From assembly GCA_963704685.1 (NCBI GenBank), contig OY969930.1, forward strand, positions 1,245,423-1,309,422: a stretch of 64,000 nucleotides of DNA, written 5' to 3'. A program made the position numbers and the translations under genes. The notes beneath the pieces are model-generated. The model ran no database searches. It saw only the letters and a program-made list of their open reading frames with translations, and was not told the DNA's origin. The stretch's first letter is position 1; the number at the start of each line of letters is the position of its first letter. Source of the stretch: an uncultured Actinomycetota bacterium (GTDB lineage Bacteria > Actinomycetota > Actinomycetes > Propionibacteriales > Nocardioidaceae). Shown here piece after piece: positions 9,509-19,556 of the stretch.

Positions 9509-9582
9509 AGGACCGACACTAGGACGCTCTCGACCTTCCTACCAACCCGACCCTCGGACACGCGCTGGGCTAGCGTGCCGAC

Positions 9583-11226
9583 ATGCCCAGCACCAGCACC
9601 CTCCTCGAGTCCGCACGCGCCTGGCTGGCCGAGGATCCGGACCCCCAGACCCGCACCGAGCTGTCCGACGCGATCGCAGCGGTCGAGGCAGGCGGCGACG
9701 CCGCCGGGCTCGCCGACCGGTTCGACGGCACTCTCGAGTTCGGGACCGCCGGGCTGCGTGGCGCGCTCGGCGCCGGACCGAACCGGATGAACCGGGTCGT
9801 GGTGAGCCGGGCCGCTGCAGGACTGGCGGCCTACCTGCGGGAGACCGGTGCCACCGGTCCCGTCGTGGTGGGCTACGACGCCCGCCACAACTCCGACGTC
9901 TTCGCCCAGGACACCGCGGAGGTCATGTCGGGGGTCGGCATCAAGGTCCACCTGCTCCCCCGACCGCTCCCGACCCCGCTGCTGGCCTTCGCCATCCGGG
10001 AGCTGGGCTGCGCGGCGGGCGTGATGGTCACCGCCAGCCACAACCCGCCCGAGGACAACGGCTACAAGGTCTACCTCGGCGACGGCAGCCAGATCGTGCC
10101 CCCGGCCGACGCCGGGATCGCGGCCCGGATCGCCGCCGTCGGCAGCTTCGCCGAGATCCCTCGTGGCGCCGGCGGCAAGGTCCTCGACGAGGAGATCGTC
10201 GACAGCTACCTCGACATCGTCGCGGCCCTCGCGACCGACGGTCCACGGGACCTCGACATCGTCTACACGCCGCTGCACGGCGTCGGGGGCGTCGCGGTCG
10301 AGCGGGTCCTCGAAGCGGCCGGCTTCTCGCCGCCGACCGTGGTGAGCCAGCAGGAGGAGCCCGACCCCGACTTCCCCACGGTCGCGTTCCCCAACCCGGA
10401 GGAGCCGGGAGCGATGGACCTTGCGCTCGCCCTCGCCGCCGCCACCGGAGCCGACCTGGTGGTCGCCAACGACCCTGACGCCGACCGGTGTGCCGCCGCC
10501 GTGCCCGACCCGCACGGCTGGCGGATGCTGCGTGGGGACGAGGTCGGGGCGCTGCTCGCGCACACGCTGCTGAGTAGCGGCAAGACCGGCACCTACGCGG
10601 CGAGCATCGTGTCCTCCAGCCTCCTCGGCAAGATGGCGGCTGCCGCCGGTCAGCCCTACGTCGAGACCCTCACCGGCTTCAAGTGGATCGCCCGGGTCCC
10701 CGACCTGGCGTTCGGCTACGAGGAGGCGCTCGGCTACTGCGTCGACCCCGAGCACGTCCGGGACAAGGATGGCGTCTCCGCGCTGCTGCTGCTGTGCCAG
10801 CTGGCGGCCGACTCCAAGGCCGCCGGTCGCGGCCTGACCGACGTGCTCGACGACCTGGCGCGCGCGCACGGGCTGCATGCGACCGACCAGCTCTCGGTGC
10901 GGGTCACCGACCCGGCCCAGATCGCGGCGGCGATGGACCGACTCCGGCGCACCCCTCCGGCCGAGCTCGGCGGGCTCGCGGTCGAGCAGGTCGACGACCT
11001 GGCCCTGGGCAGCGCCGACCTGCCCCCGACCGACGGGCTCCGCTACCGGCTCGCTGACGGCGCCCGGGTGATCGTCCGGCCGAGCGGCACCGAGCCGAAG
11101 ATCAAGTGCTACCTCGAGGTCGTGGTGCCGGTGCGACCCGAGGACGGGGTCGACGCCGCGCGGATCAGCGCGGCCGGCCGGCTGGACGCGCTGCGCGACG
11201 GGATCAAGACGGCCGCCGGTCTCTGA
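9583..11226 (+). CDS. Alpha-D-phosphohexomutase superfamily enzyme (PmmB-like; possible phosphopentomutase)
   Basis: FGTAGLRG, TASHNP phosphoserine loop, DPDADR metal loop, RPSGTEPK. Confidence 0.9.
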   Translation: MPSTSTLLESARAWLAEDPDPQTRTELSDAIAAVEAGGDAAGLADRFDGTLEFGTAGLRGALGAGPNRMNRVVVSRAAAGLAAYLRETGATGPVVVGYDARHNSDVFAQDTAEVMSGVGIKVHLLPRPLPTPLLAFAIRELGCAAGVMVTASHNPPEDNGYKVYLGDGSQIVPPADAGIAARIAAVGSFAEIPRGAGGKVLDEEIVDSYLDIVAALATDGPRDLDIVYTPLHGVGGVAVERVLEAAGFSPPTVVSQQEEPDPDFPTVAFPNPEEPGAMDLALALAAATGADLVVANDPDADRCAAAVPDPHGWRMLRGDEVGALLAHTLLSSGKTGTYAASIVSSSLLGKMAAAAGQPYVETLTGFKWIARVPDLAFGYEEALGYCVDPEHVRDKDGVSALLLLCQLAADSKAAGRGLTDVLDDLARAHGLHATDQLSVRVTDPAQIAAAMDRLRRTPPAELGGLAVEQVDDLALGSADLPPTDGLRYRLADGARVIVRPSGTEPKIKCYLEVVVPVRPEDGVDAARISAAGRLDALRDGIKTAAGL

Positions 11227-11227
11227 C

Positions 11228-11842
11228 CTACGCCGCGAGCCAGACGACGAACGCGAGCACGCAGACGGCGACGCCGGCCAGCTCGGGCCAGGCCCACGAG
11301 TGTCGTACGTCGGCGAGCAGCGCCTGCTGCTCCGGTGAACCCTTGGCGATCCCGAGGCGGTCCCTACTGTCCTGCGCGAGATGGTTGAGCCGCGCCTCGA
11401 CGAAGTCCTGGTGCGACCCCGTCGCGCCGCCCTCGCTCCTGGTCGCCTCAGCCGAGCGCGACCTCGATCGCACCGTCTGCCGCACCGTGTAGCCGACGGC
11501 CGGAGAGACGTAGCGCTTGCCCCCGGCGAAGACGGCCAACACCTGGGTGACCACCACCGTGTCGATGGCCGCGAGCGGGATCCGGTCGGTGCTGGTCATG
11601 TTGCGCATCACCAGGTCGCCCGACGTCCGCCACAGTGCCGGCCGCAGCAGCACCATCCAGGACAGCAGCGCCCCGAGGACCGCCAGGATCGCGATCCCGA
11701 GCGCGGTGCCGGTGCTGCGGGCGACGACCGCGAGCACCACGATCACGGCGGCGGTGCTCAGGCCCAGGTAGCCGAAGAACCGGCCTCCGGTCGGCTGGAA
11801 CCGCTCGACGACCTCGTCGGCGCTCCCCTGCTGCTCGGTCAT
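11228..11842 (-). CDS. Membrane protein (bacterial PH-domain-like)
   Basis: Two N-terminal TM segments, LRP..LVMRN motif, C-terminal TM; TACGCT -10 7 nt upstream. Confidence 0.65.
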   Translation of the reverse strand: MTEQQGSADEVVERFQPTGGRFFGYLGLSTAAVIVVLAVVARSTGTALGIAILAVLGALLSWMVLLRPALWRTSGDLVMRNMTSTDRIPLAAIDTVVVTQVLAVFAGGKRYVSPAVGYTVRQTVRSRSRSAEATRSEGGATGSHQDFVEARLNHLAQDSRDRLGIAKGSPEQQALLADVRHSWAWPELAGVAVCVLAFVVWLAA

Positions 11843-11907
11843 GGGGTCCAGCGTAGGCAGGAGGGGCTCCTCCGGCGGAGGTTGGGGCGTGGGTGAACAC
11901 TCGAGGC

Positions 11908-12903
11908 ATGAGCCTCCAGACCCGCACCCTCGGCACCACCTCGCCGCTCACCGTCTCCGCGCTCGGCCTCGGCTGCATGGGCATGTCGGAGTTCTACGGG
12001 AGTCCCGACGAGGCCGGCGGCCTCGACACCATCCACCGCGCGCTCGACCTCGGGGTCACCTTCCTCGACACGGCCGACATGTACGGTCCCTTCGTCAACG
12101 AGCAGCTCGTGGGCAAGGCGATCGCCGGCCGTCGCGACGAGGTCCAGCTGGCCACGAAGTTCGGCAACGAGCGGCGCCCCGACGGCACCCGGGTCGGCAT
12201 CAACGGCAAGCCGGAGTACGTCCGGGCGGCGTGTGACGCCTCCCTGCAGCGGCTCGGCGTCGACCACATCGACCTCTACTACCAGCACCGCGTCGACAAG
12301 ACGGTCCCGATCGAGGAGACCGTCGGGGCGATGGCCGAGCTGGTCGCGGCCGGCAAGGTCCGCCACCTCGGGCTGTCCGAGGCGTCCGCGGCCAACATCC
12401 GCAGCGCCCACGCCACCCACCCGATCACGGCCCTGCAGACCGAGTACTCCTTGTTCACCCGCGACCTCGAGGACGAGATCCTGCCGGTGCTGCGGGAGCT
12501 CGGCATCGGGCTGGTCCCCTACTCGCCGCTCGGCCGCGGGATCCTCACCGGCACCATCACCTCGGACGCGTCGCTGGAGGAGACCGACTCGCGGCGCTCG
12601 GCGTACTTCCCCCGGCTCAACGGCGAGGGCCTCCGCGCCAACCTCGAGCTGGTCGACAAGGTCCGGTCGATCGCCGACCAGAAGGGCTGCACCCCTGGTC
12701 AGCTCGCCCTCGCGTGGGTGCTGGCCCAGGGCGCGGACGTCGTCCCCATCCCCGGCACCAAGCGGGTCACCTACCTCGAGGAGAACGTCGGGGCCGCTGA
12801 CGTCACCCTGTCCGATGACGACCTCGAGGCGCTCGAGAGCGCGGTCCCGCGCGACGCCGTCGTGGGCGCGCGGTACGGCGACATGAGCTCGATCGACGCC
12901 TGA
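11908..12903 (+). CDS. Aldo/keto reductase
   Basis: [37 protein letters not shown]. Confidence 0.92.
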   Translation: MSLQTRTLGTTSPLTVSALGLGCMGMSEFYGSPDEAGGLDTIHRALDLGVTFLDTADMYGPFVNEQLVGKAIAGRRDEVQLATKFGNERRPDGTRVGINGKPEYVRAACDASLQRLGVDHIDLYYQHRVDKTVPIEETVGAMAELVAAGKVRHLGLSEASAANIRSAHATHPITALQTEYSLFTRDLEDEILPVLRELGIGLVPYSPLGRGILTGTITSDASLEETDSRRSAYFPRLNGEGLRANLELVDKVRSIADQKGCTPGQLALAWVLAQGADVVPIPGTKRVTYLEENVGAADVTLSDDDLEALESAVPRDAVVGARYGDMSSIDA

Positions 12904-12940
12904 GCACCGCCCACCCCACGGGCGGACCTATGCTGGGCCG

Positions 12941-13903
12941 GTGAGTGCGACTTCCACCTACCTCGACGACGTGACCGGCTCTGAGGCGTCGCTGCGACGC
13001 TTCCTGCACGGCCTGCCGGGCGTCGACCAGGTCGGCGCCGAGGCGCGAGCCGCAAGCCTCGGCACCCGGTCGATCAAGACCACCGCCAAGGCCTATGCGC
13101 TCGACCTGGCCATCCGGATGGTCGACCTGACCACGCTGGAGGGCCAGGACACGCCGGGCAAGGTCCGCGCCCTCGCGGCGAAGGCGGTCCGACCCGACCC
13201 CGCGGACCCGACCTGCCCGTCCGCAGCAGCGGTCTGCGTCTACCCCGACATGGTCGCCGTGGCCAAGGAGACCCTCGGCTCCAGCGGCGTGCACGTGGCT
13301 GCGGTGGCGACAGCGTTCCCGAGCGGTCGCGCCGCGCTCGACATCAAGCTGGCCGACACCCGCGACGCGGTGGAGGCCGGCGCCGACGAGATCGACATGG
13401 TCATCGACCGGGGCGCCTTCCTCTCGGGCCGCTACCAGCAGGTCTTCGACGAGATCGTCGCGGTGAAGGCGGCCTGCCGTCGCGAGGGCGCCCCCGACGC
13501 CCACCTCAAGGTGATCTTCGAGACCGGCGAGCTGCAGACCTACGACAACGTACGCCGCGCCAGCTGGCTGGCCATGATGGCCGGCGGCGACTTCATCAAG
13601 ACCTCCACGGGCAAGGTCCAGCCCGCAGCGACGCTGCCGGTGACCCTGGTGATGCTGGAGGCGGTCCGCGACTTCCGCGACCTCACCGACCAGATGGTCG
13701 GCGTGAAGCCGGCCGGCGGCATCCGCACCGCCAAGGACGCGATCAAGTACCTCGTGATGGTCAACGAGGTCGCAGGTCCCGACTGGCTGGACCCGGACTG
13801 GTTCCGGTTCGGCGCCTCCACGCTGCTCAACGACCTGTTGATGCAGCGCACCAAGATGACGACCGGGCGCTACTCCGGTCCCGACTACTTCACGCTGGAC
13901 TGA
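12941..13903 (+). CDS. deoC: Deoxyribose-phosphate aldolase
   Basis: DLTTLEG, AAVCVYP, GADEIDMVI, KVIFETGEL, FIKTSTGK, KPAGGIR, FRFGAS. Confidence 0.95.
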   Translation: MSATSTYLDDVTGSEASLRRFLHGLPGVDQVGAEARAASLGTRSIKTTAKAYALDLAIRMVDLTTLEGQDTPGKVRALAAKAVRPDPADPTCPSAAAVCVYPDMVAVAKETLGSSGVHVAAVATAFPSGRAALDIKLADTRDAVEAGADEIDMVIDRGAFLSGRYQQVFDEIVAVKAACRREGAPDAHLKVIFETGELQTYDNVRRASWLAMMAGGDFIKTSTGKVQPAATLPVTLVMLEAVRDFRDLTDQMVGVKPAGGIRTAKDAIKYLVMVNEVAGPDWLDPDWFRFGASTLLNDLLMQRTKMTTGRYSGPDYFTLD

Positions 13904-13909
13904 TCACTC

Positions 13910-15337
13910 ATGGCCTTCGAGTACGCCCCCGCCCCCGAGTCGCGGAGCATCGTCGACATCAAGCCGTCCTACGGACTCTTCGTCGGCGGCGAGTTCGTCG
14001 ACGGACGGGGCACGTCGTTCAAGACCATCAACCCTGCGACCGAGGAGGTCCTCGCCGAGGTCGCCGAGGCCGACCAGGCTGACGTGGACGCGGCCGTCAA
14101 GGCGGCCCGCAGGGCCTACGACAAGGTCTGGTCGAAGGTGCCGGGTCGGGAGCGGGCGAAGTACCTCTACCGGATCGCTCGGATCATCCAGGAGCGCAGC
14201 CGCGAGCTGGCGGTGCTGGAGTCGATCGACAACGGCAAGCCGATCAAGGAGTCGCGCGACGTCGACGTCCCCACCGTGGCCGCGCACTTCTTCTACTACG
14301 CCGGTTGGGCCGACAAGCTGTCCTACGCCGGGCGCGGCACCGACCCGCAGCCGCTCGGTGTGGCCGCCCAGATCATCCCGTGGAACTTCCCGCTGCTGAT
14401 GCTGGCCTGGAAGATCGCACCGGCACTGGCCTGCGGCAACACCGTGGTGCTGAAGCCGGCCGAGACCACTCCCCTGACCGCGCTGCTCTTCGCGGAGATC
14501 TGCCAGCAGGCCGACCTGCCGCCCGGCGTGGTCAACATCGTGACCGGCGCTGGCGCCACCGGGCAGGCGCTCGTCGACCACCCGGGCGTCGACAAGATCG
14601 CCTTCACCGGCTCCACCGCCGTCGGCAAGGCGATCGCGCGCAGCGTCGCCGGCACCGACAAGCGGGTGACCCTCGAGCTCGGCGGCAAGGCCGCCAACAT
14701 CGTCTTCGAGGACGCTCCCCTCGACCAGGCCGTCGAGGGCATCGTCACCGGGATCTTCTTCAACCAGGGCCACGTCTGCTGCGCGGGCTCGCGGCTGCTG
14801 GTCCAGGAGTCGATAGCCGACGAGCTGCTGGCCCGCCTCAAGCGCCGGATGTCGACGCTGCGCGTGGGCGACCCGCTCGACAAGAACACCGACATCGGCG
14901 CCATCAACTCCGCCGCCCAGCTGGCCCGGATCCGCGAGCTCAGCGACATCGGCGAGGCCGAGGGCTCCGAGCGCTGGTCACCGGCGTGCGAGCTCCCCAC
15001 CACCGGCTTCTGGTTCCCGCCGACCCTCTTCACCGGCGTCACCCAGGCCCACCGGATCGCCCGCGAGGAGATCTTCGGCCCGGTGCTGTCGGTGCTGACC
15101 TTCCGCACCCCCTCGGAGGCCGTCGAGAAGGCCAACAACACGCCGTACGGACTCTCCGCCGGGGTCTGGACCGAGAAGGGCTCGCTGATCCTCAAGATGG
15201 CCAGCTCGCTGCGTGCCGGCGTGGTCTGGGCCAACACGTTCAACAAGTTCGACCCGACCAGCCCGTTCGGCGGGTTCAAGGAGTCGGGCTACGGCCGCGA
15301 GGGCGGCCGCCACGGGCTGGAGGCCTACCTGCGATGA
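13910..15337 (+). CDS. Aldehyde dehydrogenase (full length; likely acetaldehyde)
   Basis: PWNFP, KPAE, FTGST, LELGGK, catalytic FFNQGHVCCAGSR, EEIFGP. Confidence 0.93.
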   Translation: MAFEYAPAPESRSIVDIKPSYGLFVGGEFVDGRGTSFKTINPATEEVLAEVAEADQADVDAAVKAARRAYDKVWSKVPGRERAKYLYRIARIIQERSRELAVLESIDNGKPIKESRDVDVPTVAAHFFYYAGWADKLSYAGRGTDPQPLGVAAQIIPWNFPLLMLAWKIAPALACGNTVVLKPAETTPLTALLFAEICQQADLPPGVVNIVTGAGATGQALVDHPGVDKIAFTGSTAVGKAIARSVAGTDKRVTLELGGKAANIVFEDAPLDQAVEGIVTGIFFNQGHVCCAGSRLLVQESIADELLARLKRRMSTLRVGDPLDKNTDIGAINSAAQLARIRELSDIGEAEGSERWSPACELPTTGFWFPPTLFTGVTQAHRIAREEIFGPVLSVLTFRTPSEAVEKANNTPYGLSAGVWTEKGSLILKMASSLRAGVVWANTFNKFDPTSPFGGFKESGYGREGGRHGLEAYLR

Positions 15338-16206
15338 GCGACCGCATCGACGTACGCAAGACCTACAAGCTCTACATCGGCGGGGCGTTCCCGCGCTCGG
15401 AGTCGGCGTACTCCTACGAGGTCACCGACACCAGAGGACGCTTCGTCGCCAACGCCGCCCTCGCCTCCCGCAAGGACGCCCGCGACGCGGTGGTCGCGGC
15501 CCGCAAGGCGTTCGGCTCCTGGTCGGCGCGCACGGCCTACAACCGCGCGCAGGTCCTCTACCGCGTCGCCGAGGTCATGGAGGACCGTCGCCCGCAGTTC
15601 GTGCAGGCCGTGGTGCAGTCCGAGGGCCTCACCGCGGCGAGGGCCGAGCGAGTCGTCGACGCCGCCGTGGACCGGCTCGTCTGGTACGCCGGGTGGGCCG
15701 ACAAGATCACCCAGGTGATCGGCAACGCCAACCCGGTGGCCGGGCCGTTCTTCAACCTCTCCACGCCGGAGCCGACCGGAGTCGTGGCCGTGCTCGCACC
15801 CCAGGAGTCCTCGCTGCTCGGGCTGGTCAGCGTGATCGCCCCGGTGGTCGTGACCGGCAACACGGCAGTCGTGGTGACCTCCCACGAGCGGCCGTTGCCG
15901 GCCGTCAACCTCGCCGAGGTGCTGGCCACCTCGGACCTCCCTGGCGGCGTGGTCAACATCCTCACCGGCTCGGCGACCTCGGTCGGCCCGTGGCTGGCCT
16001 CCCACATGGACGTCAACGCGATCGACCTCACCGGCATCGCCGGCGACACCGCGCTCGCCACCGACCTCGAGGTCGCGGCGGCCGACAACCTCAAGCGGGT
16101 ACGCCGCGCCCCGGCCGCCGAGCCGGACTGGAGCCGCGAGCCCGGGCTCGAGCCGATGGCCGCGTTCCTGGAGATCAAGACCGTCTGGCACCCGATCGGC
16201 GTCTGA
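15334..16206 (+). CDS. Truncated aldehyde dehydrogenase-like protein (290 aa)
   Basis: ATGA overlap with the upstream ALDH. It has YAGWADK, EPTGVV, LPGGVVNILTG and a C-terminal KTVW, but no LELGGK, catalytic Cys or EEIFGP. Confidence 0.85.
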   Translation: MSDRIDVRKTYKLYIGGAFPRSESAYSYEVTDTRGRFVANAALASRKDARDAVVAARKAFGSWSARTAYNRAQVLYRVAEVMEDRRPQFVQAVVQSEGLTAARAERVVDAAVDRLVWYAGWADKITQVIGNANPVAGPFFNLSTPEPTGVVAVLAPQESSLLGLVSVIAPVVVTGNTAVVVTSHERPLPAVNLAEVLATSDLPGGVVNILTGSATSVGPWLASHMDVNAIDLTGIAGDTALATDLEVAAADNLKRVRRAPAAEPDWSREPGLEPMAAFLEIKTVWHPIGV

Positions 16207-16210
16207 TCCG

Positions 16211-16816
16211 GTGCACGCACGGGTGATCGTCCTGGCCGGCCCCTCCGGGTCCGGGAAGTCCCGGCTCGCCGAGCGGCTCGGGCTGCCGGTGCTGCGCCTC
16301 GACGACTTCTACAAGGACGGCGACGACTCGACCCTCCCCCGGATCACCGTGGGCGCCAACGCCGGGATCACCGACTGGGACCACCCCGACTCGTGGTTGC
16401 TCGCCGACGCGATGACCGCGATCGACGACCTGTGCCGTCAAGGTCGCACCGAGGTGCCGGTCTACGACATCTCCCACAGTGCCCGCACCGGCTCGCACGT
16501 CGTCGAGCTGGGCGCCCACGACCTCTTCGTCGCCGAGGGCATCTTCGCCGAGGAGGTGGTCCCGTCCTGCCGCGAGGCCGACCTGCTGGCTGCTGCCTAC
16601 TGCGTGCGTCAGCACCCGCTGGTCACCTTCTGGCGCCGCCTGACCCGCGACCTGCGCGAGCACCGCAAGCCGCCGCTGATCCTGCTCCGTCGCGGGCTGG
16701 ACCTGATGCGCGCCCAGCAGCGGGTCGTCGACCACGCCGTCGAGCTCGGCTGCACCCCGCTCACTCCCGACGGCGCGTTCCAGCGCATCGAGGGGCTCGC
16801 GACCCGCCATGCCTGA
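16211..16816 (+). CDS. Uridine kinase-like P-loop protein
   Basis: GPSGSGKS Walker A, LDDFYK, DWDHP, PVYD, VAEGIFA. Confidence 0.8.
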   Translation: MHARVIVLAGPSGSGKSRLAERLGLPVLRLDDFYKDGDDSTLPRITVGANAGITDWDHPDSWLLADAMTAIDDLCRQGRTEVPVYDISHSARTGSHVVELGAHDLFVAEGIFAEEVVPSCREADLLAAAYCVRQHPLVTFWRRLTRDLREHRKPPLILLRRGLDLMRAQQRVVDHAVELGCTPLTPDGAFQRIEGLATRHA

Positions 16817-17339
16817 TCTCGACGGCCTCGTCCAGCCCGATCGGCGCTCCTGCGCGGCGGCCTGCCTGGTCGTGACCAGGATGCTCGTCGACCAGGAGTA
16901 CGCCGAGGAGCTGTCCGGTCCGGACCACGACCGGTTCCGCGCCGAGGTGCTCGCGACCCACCGCCGGGTCACCGGAGTCCGCGACTCCTCGGGCGGTTGG
17001 CAGCTGCCGTGGCCGCGGAGGTTCGGCACCCCTCCGTGGGCCGTGGCCCGGGAGGTCGGCGGCCGGGTCTCCTGGATCCGCACCCACCCGGGAGCGGGCT
17101 TCGAAGCGGTCCTGGCCGCGGTCGGCGCCGGACACGCGGTGCCGGTCTACGTCGGCAGCCGCTGGATCCCGCGGCACGTCGTGCTCGCGCTCGAGACCGC
17201 TGCCGAGGGTGCCGCGTTCCGGTGCTACGAGCCGGCACACGGCCGGGTGGTCGTCGTCGACCGGGCCGCCTTCGCCGACGGCCGGCTGCGGCTCGCCGGC
17301 TGGGACCGGGCGTGGTGCGCGGTCCTCCCCCGCGGCTGA
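16809..17339 (+). CDS. Hypothetical protein with papain/C39 peptidase-like motifs
   Basis: QPDRRSCAAA, RHVVL and YEP in triad order; overlaps the kinase stop. Confidence 0.55.
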   Translation: MPDLDGLVQPDRRSCAAACLVVTRMLVDQEYAEELSGPDHDRFRAEVLATHRRVTGVRDSSGGWQLPWPRRFGTPPWAVAREVGGRVSWIRTHPGAGFEAVLAAVGAGHAVPVYVGSRWIPRHVVLALETAAEGAAFRCYEPAHGRVVVVDRAAFADGRLRLAGWDRAWCAVLPRG

Positions 17340-17366
17340 GGCGGGTCCGACCCACAGGGATGCGAA

Positions 17367-17396
17367 ACGGCCCGGCCCCCGAGGGGACCGGGCCGT
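17367..17396. terminator. GC-rich stem-loop between convergent genes
   Basis: ACGGCCCGGCCCCC-GA-GGGGACCGGGCCGT, followed by TTT on the minus strand. Confidence 0.75.
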
Positions 17397-17413
17397 CAGC
17401 GACGTGCGTCAGA

Positions 17414-17797
17414 TCAGCTGAGGGCCTTGGCCTTCAGCGCGTCGAACTCTGCCTGGGTGATGGCACCCGAGTCGAGCAGGCCCTTGGCCCGACCGATCTC
17501 GTCGGCCGGCGAGGCGGCACCGGCGGAGACCGAACGGATGTAGGACTCCGTGTCGGACTGCGCCGCCTGGACGGCAGCGATGTTCCGCTCCGCCATGCCC
17601 TGACCGCGAGCGATCAGGTACACCAGCGAGGTGATCAACGGCAGGATGATCAGGAAGAAGACCCAGAAGGCCTTCATCACACCGCTGGTGTCCTTGTCCC
17701 GGAAGAGATCCGTGAGGATCTGGAAGAGCACGACCAGGTAGGCCATCAGCAGGAAGAAGGAGATGATGAACCAGAAGAAGTCCCAGAAGCTGTCCAC
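17414..17797 (-). CDS. PLDc_N-like membrane protein with C-terminal SHOCT domain
   Basis: Two TM helices (DLFRD..KAFW..LP..LVYLIARG) and ADEIGRAKGLLDSGAITQAEFDALKAKAL; GAAAGGAA RBS. Confidence 0.85.
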   Translation of the reverse strand: MDSFWDFFWFIISFFLLMAYLVVLFQILTDLFRDKDTSGVMKAFWVFFLIILPLITSLVYLIARGQGMAERNIAAVQAAQSDTESYIRSVSAGAASPADEIGRAKGLLDSGAITQAEFDALKAKALS

Positions 17798-17943
17798 GTT
17801 GTTCCTTTCGAGCGCGCGCGGAGTGCTACGGATGCCTCCGGCGACAGACGAATTCTAATCTGTCGGCGTGTCGCGGGCCGTCACCGCCCTGGGTCGTAGC
17901 GCGTCCTGGCAGCGCGACCAGCCGGTCGGCACGACGTGGACCG

Positions 17944-19038
17944 TCACGGTCCGGACTCTTCACGCAGGGCGGCGTACTCCGGCTTGATCAGGTCGGAGAT
18001 CAGCGCGAACCGCTCGTCGAACGGCAGGAACGCCGACTTCATCGCGTTCACCGTGAACCACTCCAGGTCGCTGAGCCCGTAGCCGAAGGCCTCGACGAGC
18101 GACTCCATCTCGTGGGTCATCGAGGTGTGGCTCATCAGCCGGTTGTCGGTGTTGAGGGTGACCCGGAAGCGGAGCTTCTTGAGCAGCCCGATCGGGTGCT
18201 CCGCGATCGAGGGCGCGGCCCCCGTCTGCACGTTCGACCACGGGCACATCTCGAGCGGGATCCGCTTGTCCCGGACGTACGCCGCCAGCCGACCCAGCGC
18301 CACGCTGCCGTCGGGGTGCACGGTGATGTCGTCGATGATGCGGACGCCGTGCCCGAGGCGGTCCGCGCCGCACCACTGCAGGGCCTGCCAGATCGACGGC
18401 AGCCCGAAGGCCTCCCCGGCGTGGATGGTGAAGTGGGCGTTCTCGCGCTGGAGGTACTCGAACGCGTCGAGGTGCCGGGTCGGCGGGTAGCCCGCCTCGG
18501 CGCCGGCGATGTCGAAGCCGGCGACGCCCCGGTCCCGCCAGGCGACGGCGAGCTCGGCGATCTCCCGGGAGCGGGCCTGGTGGCGCATCGCGGTCAGCAG
18601 CTGTCGTACGACGATCCGCCCTCCGCTCGCGGCCATCCCCTGCTCGAAGCCGGCCCGCACGGCCGCGACCACGTCGTCGAGGTCGAGCCCGTGCTCGACG
18701 TGCTGCTCGGGCGCGTAGCGGATCTCGGCGTAGACCACGCCGTCCGCGACCAGGTCCTCCACGCACTCGCGGGCCACCCGGGTCACCGCGGCGGCGGTCT
18801 GCATGACCGCCACGGTGTGGTCGAAGGTCTCCAGGTAGCGCTCCAGCGAGCCCGAGTCAGAGGCCTCCGCGAACCAGCGACCGAGCGAATCGGCGCTCAG
18901 CTCACCGGTGACCTCGGGCAGCTCGTGGCCGACCTCGGCCGCCAGGTCGATGATCGTCCGGGGCCGCAGGCCGCCGTCGAGATGGTCGTGCAGCAGCACC
19001 TTCGGCGCCCGCAGGATCTGGTCACGAGTGGGCGTCAT
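17944..19038 (-). CDS. add: Adenosine deaminase
   Basis: [34 protein letters not shown]; start moved to MTPTRDQ. Confidence 0.93.
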   Translation of the reverse strand: MTPTRDQILRAPKVLLHDHLDGGLRPRTIIDLAAEVGHELPEVTGELSADSLGRWFAEASDSGSLERYLETFDHTVAVMQTAAAVTRVARECVEDLVADGVVYAEIRYAPEQHVEHGLDLDDVVAAVRAGFEQGMAASGGRIVVRQLLTAMRHQARSREIAELAVAWRDRGVAGFDIAGAEAGYPPTRHLDAFEYLQRENAHFTIHAGEAFGLPSIWQALQWCGADRLGHGVRIIDDITVHPDGSVALGRLAAYVRDKRIPLEMCPWSNVQTGAAPSIAEHPIGLLKKLRFRVTLNTDNRLMSHTSMTHEMESLVEAFGYGLSDLEWFTVNAMKSAFLPFDERFALISDLIKPEYAALREESGP

Positions 19039-19099
19039 GAGCCGATCCTTCCAGACCTCGGCGCTTCGGCTGTCGAGGTCCGACCGGTAGGTTCGGCGC

Positions 19100-19552
19100 A
19101 TGCGCGTCTTCACGACTCTCGACGAAGTGTCCGCCGCCGTCGGCGAGGAGCTCGGCAGCTCCGACTGGCTGACGATCGACCAGGAACGGGTGAACGTCTT
19201 CGCCGATGCCACCGGCGACCACCAGTGGATCCACGTGGACGTCGACCGGTCCCGGGAGGGACCGTTCGGCGGCACCATCGCCCACGGCTACCTCACGCTC
19301 TCCCTGGTGCCCTACCTCGGCAGCCAGGTGCTGAGCTTCGAGACCCCGGGCGCCAAGCTCAACTACGGCGCCAACAAGGTCCGCTTCCCCAATCCGGTGC
19401 TGGTCGGCAAGCGGATCCGCGCCCACGTGACGCTGGCCGACGTGGCCGACCTGCCCAAGGGCAAGCAGGCCACGCTGCGCTACACGGTCGAGATCGAGGA
19501 CGAGGCCAAGCCCGCCTGCGTCGCCGAGACCGTGGTCCTCCTTCTCCCCTGA
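19100..19552 (+). CDS. MaoC-family dehydratase
   Basis: [35 protein letters not shown]. Confidence 0.9.
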   Translation: MRVFTTLDEVSAAVGEELGSSDWLTIDQERVNVFADATGDHQWIHVDVDRSREGPFGGTIAHGYLTLSLVPYLGSQVLSFETPGAKLNYGANKVRFPNPVLVGKRIRAHVTLADVADLPKGKQATLRYTVEIEDEAKPACVAETVVLLLP

Positions 19553-19556
19553 CCGG

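Noticed and set aside
14305-15333. N-terminal extensions of ORF-track calls (e.g. 14305, 19278, 23784, 30130, 33119, 48665, 58616)
   Set aside because: They overlap real upstream genes in another frame; starts were reassigned using RBS, -10 or stop-start overlaps
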